A stretch of DNA of 64,000 nt from Eledone cirrhosa (lineage: Eukaryota): NCBI GenBank assembly GCA_964016885.1, contig OZ024743.1, positions 354,392,001 through 354,456,000 of the forward strand, written 5' to 3'. The notes under the pieces were generated by a model. The model was given only the letters and a program-made list of their open reading frames with translations, was not told where the DNA came from and searched no databases. The first letter of the stretch is position 1; each line of letters begins with the position of its first letter. Made by a program: the position numbers and the translations under genes. Of the stretch, positions 26,801 through 39,000 are shown in pieces.

Positions 26801-29800
26801 AGTGGTAGAGATTGAGGTTTTTGTGATTCTGGTAATGGTGATGCTGATGATTGTCCTCATGCTGGTTGTTGTTAGTGGTAGAGATTGAGGATTTTGTGAT
26901 TCTGGTAATGGTGATGCTGATGATTGTCCTCATGCTGGTTGTTGTTGGTGGTAGAGATTGAGGTTTTTGTGATTCTGGTAATGGTGATGCTGATGATTGT
27001 CCTCATGCTGGTTGTTGTTAGTGGTAGAGATTGAGGTTTTTGTGATTCTGGTAATGGTGATGCTGATGATTGTCCTCATGCTGGTTGTTGTTGGTGGTAG
27101 AGATTGAGGTTTTTGTGATTCTGGTAATGGTGATGCTGATGATTGTCTTCATGCTGGTTGTTGTTGGTGGTAGAGATTGAGGTTTTTGTGATTCTGGTAA
27201 TGGTGATGCTGATGATTGTCCTTATGCTGGTTGTTGTTGGTGGTAGAGATTGAGGTTTTTGTGATTCTGGTAATTGTGATGCTGATGAATGTCCTCATGC
27301 TGGTTGTTGTTGGTGGTAGAGATTAAGGTTTTTGTGATTCTGGTAATGGTGATGCTGATGATTGTCTTCATGTTGGTTGTTGTTGGTGGTAGAGATTGAG
27401 GTTTTTGTGATTCTGGTAATGGTGATGCTGATGATTGTCCTCATGCTGGTTGTTGTTGGTGGTAGAGATTGAGGTTTTTGTGATTCTGGTAATGGTGATG
27501 CTGATGATTGTCCTCATGCTGGTTGTTGTTGGTGGTAGAGATTAAGGTTTTTGTAATTCTGGTAATGGTGATGCTGATGATTGTCTTCATGCTGGTTGTT
27601 GTTGTTGGTAGAGATTGAGGTTTTTGTGATTCTGGTAATGGTGATGCTGATGATTGTCCTCATGCTGGTTGTTGTTGGTGGTAGAGATTGAGGTTTTTGT
27701 GATTCTGGTAATGGTGATGCTGATGATTGTCCTCATGCTGGTTGTTGTTAGTGGTAGAGATTGAGGTTTTTGTGATTCTGGTAATGGTGATGCTGATGAT
27801 TGTCCTCATGCTGGTTGTTGTTGGTGGTAGAGATTGAGGTTTTTGTGATTCTGGTAATGGTGATGCTGATGATTGTCCTCATGCTGGTTGTTGTTAGTGG
27901 TAGAGATTGAGGTTTTTGTGATTCTGGTAATGGTGATGCTGATGATTGTCCTCATGCTGGTTGTTGTTAGTGGTAGAGATTGAGGATTTTGTGATTCTGG
28001 TAATGGTGATGCTGATGATTGTCCTCATGCTGGTTGTTGTTGGTGGTAGAGATTGAGGTTTTTGTGATTCTGGTAACGGTGATGCTGATGATTGTCCTCA
28101 TGCTGGTTGTTGTTAGTGGTAGAGATTGAGGTTTTTGTGATTCTGGTAATGGTGATGCTGATGATTGTCCTCATGCTGGTTGTTGTTGGTGGTAGAGATT
28201 GAGGTTTTTGTGATTCTGGTAATGGTGATGCTGATGATTGTCCTCATGCTGGTTGTTGTTAGTGGTAGAGATTGAGGTTTTTGTGATTCTGGTAATGGTG
28301 ATGCTGATGATTGTCCTCATGCTGGTTGTTGTTGGTGGTAGAGATTGAGGATTTTGTGATTCTGGTAATGGTGATGCTGATGATTGTCCTCATGCTGGTT
28401 GTTGTTGGTGGTAGAGATAGAGGTTTTTGTGATTCTGGTAATGGTGATGCTGATGATTGTCCTCATGCTGGTTGTTGTTAGTGGTAGAGATTGAGGTTTT
28501 TGTGATTCTGGTAATGGTGATGCTGATGATTGTCCTCATGCTGGTTGTTGTTGGTGGTAGAGATTGAGGTTTTTGTGATTCTGGTAATGGTGATGCTGAT
28601 GATTGTCCTCATGCTGGTTGTTGCTGGTGGTAGGGATTGAGGTTTTTGTGATTCTCGTAATGGTGATGCTGATGATTGTCCTCATGCTGGTTGTTGTTAG
28701 TGGTAGAGATTGAGGTTTTTGTGATTCTGGTAATGGTGATGCTGATGATTGTCCTCATGCTGGTTGTTGTTAGTGGTAGAGATTGAGGTTTTTGTGATTC
28801 TGGTAATGGTGATGCTGATGATTGTCCTCATGCTGGTTTTTGTTATTGGTAGAGATTGAGGTTTTTGTGATTCTGGTAATGGTGATGCTGATGATTGTCC
28901 TCATGCTGGTTGTTGTTAGTGGTAGAGATTGAGGTTTTTGTGATTCTGGTAATGGTGATGCTGATGATTGTCCTCATGCTGGTTGTTGTTAGTGGTAGAG
29001 ATTGAGGTTTTTGTGATTCTGGTAATGGTGATGCTGATGATTGTCCTCATGCTGGTTGTTGTTGGTGGTAGAGATTGAGGTTTTTGTAATTCTGGTAATG
29101 GTGATGCTGATGATTGGCCTCATGCTGGTTGTTGGTGGTGGTAGAGATTGAGGTTTTTGTGATTCTGGTAATGGTGATGCTGATGATTGTCCTCATGCTG
29201 GTTGTTGTTGGCGGTAGAGATTGAGGTTTTTGTGATTCTTGTAATGGTGATGCGGATGATTGTCCTCATGCTGGTTGTTGTTGGTGGTAGAGATTGAGGT
29301 TTTTGTGATCCTGGTAATGGTGATGCTGATGATTGTCCTCATGCTGGTTGTTGTTGGTGGTAGAGATTGAGGTTTTTGTGATTCTGGTAATGGTGATGCT
29401 GATGATTGTCTTCATGCTGGTTGTTGTTGGTGATAGAGATTGAGGTCTTTGTGATTCTGGTAATGGTGATGCTGATGATTGTCCTCATGCTGGTTGTTGT
29501 TGGTGGTAGAGATTGAGGTTTTTTTGAATCTGGTAATGGTGAATCTGATGATTGTCTTCATGCTGGTTGTTGTTGGTGATAGAGATTGAGGTCTCTGTGA
29601 TTCTGGTAATGGTGATGCTGATGATTGTCTTCATGCTGGTTGTTGTTGGTGATAGAGATTGAGGTTTTTGTGATTCTGGTAATGGTGATGCTGATGATTG
29701 TCTTTATGCTGGTTGTTGTTGGTGGTAGAGATTGAGGTTTTTGTGATTCTGGTAATGGTGATGCTGATGATTGTCCTCATGCTGGTTGTTGTTGGTGGTA

Positions 29801-32200
29801 GAGATTGAGGTTTTTGTGATTCTGGTAATGGTGATGCTGATGATTGTCCTCATGCTGGTTGTTGTTAGTGGTAGAGATTGAGGTTTTTGTGATTCTGGTA
29901 ATGGTGATGCTGATGATTGTCCTCATGCTGGTTGTTGTTAGTGGTAGAGATTGAGGATTTTGTGATTCTGGTAATGGTGATGCTGATGATTGTCCTCATG
30001 CTGGTTGTTGTTGGTGGTAGAGATTGAGGTTTTTGTGATTCTGGTAATGGTGATGCTGATGATTGTCCTCATGCTGGTTGTTGTTAGTGGTAGAGATTGA
30101 GGTTTTTGTGATTCTGGTAATGGTGATGCTGATGATTGTCCTCATGCTGGTTGTTGTTGGTGGTAGAGATTGAGGTTTTTGTGATTCTGGTAATGGTGAT
30201 GCTGATGATTGTCCTCATGCTGGTTGTTGTTAGTGGTAGAGATTGAGGTTTTTGTGATTCTGGTAATGGTGATGCTGATGATTGTCCTCATGCTGGTTGT
30301 TGTTGGTGGTAGAGATTGAGGATTTTGTGATTCTGGTAATGGTGATGCTGATGATTGTCCTCATGCTGGTTGTTGTTGGTGGTAGAGATTGAGGTTTTTG
30401 TGATTCTGGTAATGGTGATGCTGATGATTGTCCTCATGCTGGTTGTTGTTAGTGGTAGAGATTGAGGTTTTTGTGATTCTGGTAATGGTGATGCTGATGA
30501 TTGTCCTCATGCTAGTTGTTGTTGGTGGTAGAGATTGAGGTTTTTGTGATTCTGGTAATGGTGATGCTGATGATTGTCCTCATGCTTTTTGTTGTCAGTG
30601 GTAGAGATTGAGGTTTTTGTGATTCTGGTAATGGTGATGCTGATGATTGTCCTCATGCTGGTTGTTGTTAGTGGTAGAGATTGAGGATTTTGTGATTCTG
30701 GTAATGGTGATGCTGATGATTGTCCTCATGCTGGTTGTTGTTGGTGGTAGAGATTGAGGTTTTTGTGATTCTGGTAATGGTGATGCTGATGATTGTCCTC
30801 ATGCTGGTTGTTGTTAGTGGTAGAGATTGAGGTTTTTGTGATTCTGGTAATGGTGATACTGATGATTGTCCTCATGCTGGTTGTTGTTAGTGGTAGAGAT
30901 TGAGGTTTTTGTGATTCTGGTAATGGTGATGCTGATGATTGTCCTCATGCTGGTTGTTGTTGGTGGTAGAGATTGAGGTTTTTGTGATTCTGGTAATGGT
31001 GATGCTGATGATTGTCCTCATGCTGGTTGTTGTTGGTGGTAGAGATTGAGGTTTTTGTGATTCTGGTAATGGTGATGCTGATGATTCTCTTCATGCTGGT
31101 TGTTGTTGGTGGTAGAGAATGAGGTTTTTGTGAATCTGGTAATGGTGATGCTGATGATTGTCTTCATACTGGTTGTTGTTGGTGGTAGAGATTGAGGTTT
31201 TTGTGATTCTGGTAATGGTGATGCTGATGATTGTCTTCATGCTGGTTGTTGTTGGTGGTAGAGATTGAGGTTTTTGTGATTCTGGTAATGGTGATGCTGA
31301 TGATTGTCCTCATGCTGGTTGTTGTTAGTGGTAGAGATTGAGGTTTTTGTGATTCTGGTAATGGTGATGCTGATGATTGTCCTCATGCTGGTTGTTGTTA
31401 GTGGTAGAGATTGAGGTTTTTGTGATTCTGGTAATGGTGTGCTGATGATTGTCCTCATGCTGGTTGTTGTTGGTGGTAGAGATTGAGGTTTTTGTGATTC
31501 TGGTAATGGTGATGCTGATGATTGTCCTCATGCTGGTTGTTGTTAGTGGTAGAGATTGAGGTTTTTGTGATTCTGGTAATGGTGATGCTGATGATTGTCC
31601 TCATGCTGGTTGTTGTTAGTGGTAGAGATTGAGGTTTTTGTGATTCTGGTAATGGTGATGCTGATGATTGTCTTCATGCTGGTTGTTGTTGGTGGTAGAG
31701 ATTGAGGTTTTTGTGATTCTGGTAATGGTGATGCTGATGATTGTCCTCATGCTGGTTGTTGTTAGTGGTAGAGATTGAGGTTTTTGTGATTCTGGTAATG
31801 GTGATGCTGATGATTGTCCTCATGCTGGTTGTTGTTAGTGGTAGAGATTGAGGTTTTTGTGATTCTGGTAATGGTGATGCTGATGATTGTCCTCATGCTG
31901 GTTGTTGTTAGTGGTAGAGATTGAGGTTTTTGTGATTCTGGTAATGGTGATGCTGATGATTGTCCTCATGCTGGTTGTTGTTAGTGGTAGAGATTGAGGT
32001 TTTTGTGATTCTGGTAATGGTGATGCTGATGATTTTCCTCATGCTGGTTGTTGTTAGTGGTAGAGATTGAGGTTTTTGTGATTCTGGTAATGGTGATGCT
32101 GATGATTGTCCTCATGCTGGTTGTTGTTAGTGGTAGAGATTGAGGTTTTTGTGATTCTGGTAATGGTGATGCTGATGATTGTCCTCATGCTGGTTGTTGT
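23800..32200. repeat. Satellite domain D: homogeneous, GTTAGT-rich, 5-mer/10-mer higher-order repeat
   Basis: Frequent GTTGGT>GTTAGT. The GAGGATTTT marker recurs at 365-bp steps (26161, 26526, 26891; 27986, 28351; 29957, 30322, 30687). No indel seen between about 23581 and 31440. Confidence 0.8.
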
Positions 32201-33099
32201 TGGTGGTAGAGATTGAGGTTTTTGTAATTCTGGTAATGGTGATGCTGATGATTGGCCTCATGCTGGTTGTTGGTGGTGGTAGAGATTGAGGTTTTTGTGA
32301 TTCTGGTAATGGTGATGCTGATGATTGTCCTCATGCTGGTTGTTGTTGGTGGTAGAGATTGAGGTTTTTGTGATTCTTGTAATGGTGATGCGGATGATTG
32401 TCCTCATGCTGGTTGTTGTTGGTGGTAGAGATTGAGGTTTTTGTGATCCTGGTAATGGTGATGCTGATGATTGTCCTCATGCTGGTTGTTGTTGGTGGTA
32501 GAGATTGAGGTTTTTGTGATTCTGGTAATGGTGATGCTGATGATTGTCCTCATGCTGGTTGTTGTTGGTGGTAGAGATTGAGGTTTTTTTGAATCTGGTA
32601 ATGGTGAATCTGATGATTGTCTTCATGCTGGTTGTTGTTGGTGATAGAGATTGAGGTCTCTGTGATTCTGGTAATGGTGATGCTGATGATTGTCTTCATG
32701 CTGGTTGTTGTTGGTGATAGAGATTGAGGTTTTTGTGATTCTGGTAATGGTGATGCTGATGATTGTCTTTATGCTGGTTGTTGTTGGTGGTAGAGATTGA
32801 GGTTTTTGTGATTCTGGTAATGGTGATGCTGATGATTGTCCTCATGCTGGTTGTTGTTGGTGGTAGAGATTGAGGTTTTTGTGATTCTGGTAATGGTGAT
32901 GCTGATGATTGTCCTCATGCTGGTGTTGCTGGTGGTAGAGATTGAGGTTTTTGTGATTCTGGTAATGGTGAATCTGATGATTGCCTTCATGCTGGTTGTT
33001 GTTGGTGATAGAGATTGAGGTCTCTGTGATTCTGGTAATGGTGATGCTGATGATTGTCTTCATGCTGGTTGTTGTTGGTGATAGAGATTGAGGTTTTTG

Positions 33100-36000
33100 T
33101 GATTCTGGTAATGGTGATGCTGATGATTGTCTTCATGCTGGTTGATGTTGGTGGTAGAGATTGAGGTTTTTGGAATTCTGGTAATGGTGATGCTGATGAT
33201 TGTCTTCATGCTGGTTGTTGTTGGTGGTAGAGATTGAGTTTTTTGTGATTCTTGTAATGGTGATGCTGATGATTGTCCTCATGCTGGTTGTTGTTGGTGG
33301 TACAGATTGAGGTTTTTGGGATTCTGGTAATGGTGATGCTGATGATTGTCCTCATGCTGGTTGTTGTTGGTGGTAGAGATTGAGGTTTTTGTGTTTCTGG
33401 TAATGGTGATGCTGATGATTGTCCTCGTGCTGGTTGTTGTTGGTGGTAGAGATTGAGGTTTTTGTGTTTCTGGTAATGGTGATGCTGATGATTGTCTTCA
33501 TGCTGGTTGTTGTTGGTGGTAGAGATTGAGGTTTTTGTGTTTCTGGTAATGGTGATGCTGATGATTGTCTTCATGCTGGTTGTTGTTGGTGGTAGAGATT
33601 GAGGTTTTTGTGTTTCTGGTAATGGTGATGCTGATGATATTTCTCATGCTGGTTGTTGTTGGTGGTAGAGATTGAGGTTTTTGGGATTCTGGTAATGGTG
33701 ATGCTGATGATTGTCTTCATGCTGGTTGTTGTTGGTGGTAGAGATTGAGGTTTTTGTGATTCTGGTAATGGTGATGCTGATGATTGTCTTCATGCTGGTT
33801 GTCATTGGTGGTAGAGATTGACGTTTTTGTTATTCTGGTAATGGTGAATCTGATGATTGTCCTCATGCTGGTTGTTGTTGGTGGTAGAGAATGAGGTTTT
33901 TGTGATCCTGGTAATGGTGATGCTGATGATTGTCCTCATGCTGGTTGTTGTTGGTGGTAGAGATTGAGGTTTTTGTGATCCTGGTAATGGTGATGCTGAT
34001 GATTGTCCTCATGCTGGTTGTTGTTGGTGGTAGAGATTGAGGTTTTTGTGATCCTGGTAATGGTGATGCTGATGATTGTCCTCATGCTGGTTGTTGTTGG
34101 TGGTAGAGATTGAGGTTTTTGTGATCCTGGTAATGGTGATGCTGATGATTGTCCTCATGCTGGTTGTTGTTGGTGGTAGAGATTGAGGTTTTTGTGTTCC
34201 TGGTAATGGTGATGCTGATGATTGTCCTCATGCTGGTTGTTGTTGGTGGTACAGATTGAGGTTTTTGTGATTCTGGTAATGGTGATGCTGATGATTGTCC
34301 TCATGCTGGTTGTTGTTGGTGGTAGAGATTGAGGATTTTGTGATTCTGGTAATGGTGATGCTGATGATTGTCTTCATGCTGGTTGTTGTTGGTGATAGAG
34401 ATTGAGGTCTTTGTGATTCTGGTAATGGTGATGCTGATGATTGTCCTCATGCTGGTTGTTGTTGGTGGTAGAGATTGAGGTTTTTGTGATCCTGGTAATG
34501 GTGATGCTGATGATTGTCTTCATGCTGGTTGTTGTTGGTGGAAGAGATTGAGGTTTTTGTGATTCTGGTAATGGTGATGCTGATGATTGTCCTCATGCTG
34601 GTGTTGTTGGTGGTAGAGATTGAGGTTTTTGTGATTCTGGTAATGGTGAATCTGATGATTGTCTTCATTCTGGTTGTTGTTGGTGATAGAGATTGAGATT
34701 TTTGTGATTCTGGTAATGGTGATGCTGATGATTGTCTTCATGCTGGTTGTTGTTGGTGATAGAGATTGAGGTTTTTGTGATTCTGGTAATGGTGATGCTG
34801 ATCATTGTTTTCATGCTGGTTGATGTTGGTGGTAGAGATTGAGGTTTTTGGAATTCTGGTAATGGTGATGCTGATGATTGTCTTCATGCTGGTTGTTGTT
34901 GGTGGTAGAGATTGAGTTTTTTGTGATTCTTGTAATGGTGATGCTGATGATTGTCCTCATGCTGGTAGTTGTTGGTGGTAGAGATTGAGGTTTTTGGGAT
35001 TCTGGTAATGGTGATGCTGATGATTGTCTTCATGCTGGTTGTTGTTGGTGGTAGAGACTGAGTTTTTTGTGATTCTTGTAATGGTGATGCTGATGATTGT
35101 CCTCCTGCTGGTTGTTGTTGGTGGTAGGGATTGAGGTTTTTGGGATTCTGGTAATGGTGATGCTGATGATTGTCCTCATGCTGGTTGTTGTTGGTGGTAG
35201 AGATTGAGGTTTTTGTGTTTCTGGTAATGGTGATGCTGATGATTGTCCTCATGCTGGTTGTTCTTGGTGGTAGAGATTGAGGTTTTTGTGTTTCTGGTAA
35301 TGGTGATGCTGATGATTGTCTTCATGCTGGTTGTTGTTGGTGGTAGAGATTGAGGTTTTTGTGTTTCTGGTAATGGTGATGCTGATGATTGTCTTCATGC
35401 TGGTTGTTGTTGGTGGTAGAGATTGAGGTTTTTGTGTTTCTGGTAATGGTGATGCTGATGATATTTCTCATGCTGGTTGTTGTTGGTGGTAGAGATTGAG
35501 GTTTTTGGGATTCTGGTAATGGTGATGCTGATGATTGTCTTAATGCTGGTGTTGTTGGTGGTAGAGATTGAGGTTTTTGTGTTTCTGGTAATGGTGATGC
35601 TGATGATTGTCTTCATGCTGGTTGTCATTGGTGGTAGAGATTGACGTTTTTGTTATTCTGGTAATGGTGATGCTGATGATTGTCTTCATGCTGGTTGTTG
35701 TTGGTGGTAGAGATTGAGGTTTTTGTGATTCTGGTAATGGTGATGCTGATGATTGTCCTCATGCTGGTTGTTGTTGGTGGTAGAGATTGAGGTATCTGTG
35801 ATTCTGGTAATGGTGATGCTGATGATTGTCTTCATGCTGGTCTTGTTGGTGGTAGAGATTGAGGTTTTTGTGATTCTGGTAATGGTGATGCTGATGATTG
35901 TCCTCATGCTGGTTGTTGTTGGTGGTAGAGATTGGGGTTTTTGTGATTCTGGTAATGGTGATGCTGATGATTGTCCTCATGCTGGTTGTTATTGGTGCTA

Positions 36001-39000
36001 GAGATTGAGGTTTTTGTGATCCTGGTAATGGTGATGCTGATGATTGTCCTCATGCTGGTCTTGTTGGTGGTAGAGATTGAGGTTTTTGTGATTCTGGTAA
36101 TGGTGATGCTGATGATTGTCCTCATGCTGGTTGTTGTTGGTGGTAGAGATTGAGGTTTTTGTGATTCTGGTAATGGTGATGCTGATGATTGTCCTCATGC
36201 TGGTTGTTGTTGGTGGTAGAGATTGAGGTTTTTGTGATCCTGGTAATGGTGATGCTGATGATTGTCCTCATGCTGGTTGTTGTTGGTGGTAGAGATTGAG
36301 GTTTTTGTGATTATGGTAATGGTGATGCTGATGATTGTCTTCATGCTGGTTGTCATTGGTGGTAGAGATTGACGTTTTTGTTATTCTGGTAATGGTGAAT
36401 CTGATGATTGTCCTCATGCTGGCTGTTGTTGGTGGTAGAGATTGAGGTTTTTGTGATCCTGGTAATGGTGATGCTGATGATTGTCCTCATGCTGGTTGTT
36501 GTTGGTGGTAGAGATTGAGGTTTTTGTGATCCTGGTAATGGTGATGCTGATGATTGTCCTCATGCTGGTTGTTGTTGGTGGTAGAGATTGAGGTTTTTGT
36601 GATCCTGGTAATGGTGATGCTGATGATTGTCCTCATGCTGGTTGTTGTTGGTGGTAGAGATTGAGGTTTTTGTGATCCTGGTAATGGTGATGCTGATGAT
36701 TGTCCTCATGCTGGTTGTTGTTGGTGGTAGAGATTGAGGTTTTTGTGTTCCTGGTAATGGTGATGCTGATGATTGTCCTCATGCTGGTTGTTGTTGGTGG
36801 TACAGATTGAGGTTTTTGTGATTCTGGTAATGGTGATGCTGATGATTGTCCTCATGCTGGTTGTTGTTGGTGGTAGAGATTGAGGATTTTGTGATTCTGG
36901 TAATGGTGATGCTGATGATTGTCTTCATGCTGGTTGTTGTTGGCGATAGAGATTGAGGTCTTTGTGATTCTGGTAATGGTGATGCTGATGATTGTCCTCA
37001 TGCTGGTTGTTGTTGGTGGTAGAGATTGAGGTTTTTGTGATCCTGGTAATGGTGATGCTGATGATTGTCTTCATGCTGGTTGTTGTTGGTGGAAGAGATT
37101 GAGGTTTTTGTGATTCTGGTAATGGTGATGCTGATGATTGTCCTCATGCTGGTGTTGTTGGTGGTAGAGATTGAGGTTTTTGTGATTCTGGTAATGGTGA
37201 ATCTGATGATTGTCTTCATTCTGGTTGTTGTTGGTGATAGAGATTGAGGTTTTTGTGATTCTGGTAATGGTGATGCTGATGATTGTCTTCATGCTGGTTG
37301 TTGTTGGTGATAGAGATTGAGGTTTTTGTGATTCTGGTAATGGTGATGCTGATCATTGTTTTCATGCTGGTTGATGTTGGTGGTAGAGATTGAGGTTTTT
37401 GGAATTCTGGTAATGGTGATGCTGATGATTGTCTTCATGCTGGTTGTTGTTGGTGGTAGAGATTGAGTTTTTTGTGATTCTTGTAATGGTGATGCTGATG
37501 ATTGTCCTCATGCTGGTAGTTGTTGGTGGTAGGGATTGAGGTTTTTGGGATTCTGGTAATGGTGATGCTGATGATTGTCCTCATGCTGGTTGTTGTTGGT
37601 GGTAGAGATTGAGGTTTTTGTGTTTCTGGTAATGGTGATGCTGATGATTGTCCTCATGCTGGTTGTTCTTGGTGGTAGAGATTGAGGTTTTTGTGTTTCT
37701 GGTAATGGTGATGCTGATGATTGTCTTCATGCTGGTTGTTGTTGGTGGTAGAGATTGAGGTTTTTGTGTTTCTGGTAATGGTGATGCTGATGATTGTCTT
37801 CATGCTGGTTGTTGTTGGTGGTAGAGATTGAGGTTTTTGTGTTTCTGGTAATGGTGATGCTGATGATATTTCTCATGCTGGTTGTTGTTGGTGGTAGAGA
37901 TTGAGGTTTTTGGGATTCTGGTAATGGTGATGCTGATGATTGTCTTAATGCTGGTGTTGTTGGTGGTAGAGATTGAGGTTTTTGTGTTTCTGGTAATGGT
38001 GATGCTGATGATTGTCCTCCTGCTGGTTGTTGTTGGTGGTAGGGATTGAGGTTTTTGGGATTCTGGTAATGGTGATGCTGATGATTTTCCTCATGCTGGT
38101 TGTTGTTAGTGGTAGAGATTGAGGTTTTTGTGATTCTGGTAATGGTGATGCTGATGATTGTCCTCATGCTGGTTGTTGTTAGTGGTAGAGATTGAGGTTT
38201 TTGTGATTCTGGTAATGGTGATGCTGATGATTGTCCTCATGCTGGTTGTTGTTGGTGGTAGAGATTGAGGTTTTTGTAATTCTGGTAATGGTGATGCTGA
38301 TGATTGGCCTCATGCTGGTTGTTGGTGGTGGTAGAGATTGAGGATTTTGTGATTCTGGTAATGGTGATGCTGATGATTGTCCTCATGCTGGTTGTTGTTG
38401 GTGGTAGAGATTGAGGTTTTTGTGATTCTTGTAATGGTGATGCGGATGATTGTCCTCATGCTGGTTGTTGTTGGTGGTAGAGATTGAGGTTTTTGTGATC
38501 CTGGTAATGGTGATGCTGATGATTGTCCTCATGCTGGTTGTTGTTGGTGGTAGAGATTGAGGTTTTTGTGATTCTGGTAATGGTGATGCTGATGATTGTC
38601 CTCATGCTGGTTGTTGTTGGTGGTAGAGATTGAGGTTTTTTTGAATCTGGTAATGGTGAATCTGATGATTGTCTTCATGCTGGTTGTTGTTGGTGATAGA
38701 GATTGAGGTCTCTGTGATTCTGGTAATGGTGATGCTGATGATTGTCTTCATGCTGGTTGTTGTTGGTGATAGAGATTGAGGTTTTTGTGATTCTGGTAAT
38801 GGTGATGCTGATGATTGTCTTTATGCTGGTTGTTGTTGGTGGTAGAGATTGAGGTTTTTGTGATTCTGGTAATGGTGATGCTGATGATATTTCTCATGCT
38901 GGTTGTTGTTGGTGGTAGAGATTGAGGTTTTTGGGATTCTGGTAATGGTGATGCTGATGATTGTCTTCATGCTGGTTGTTGTTGGCGGTAGAGATTGAGG

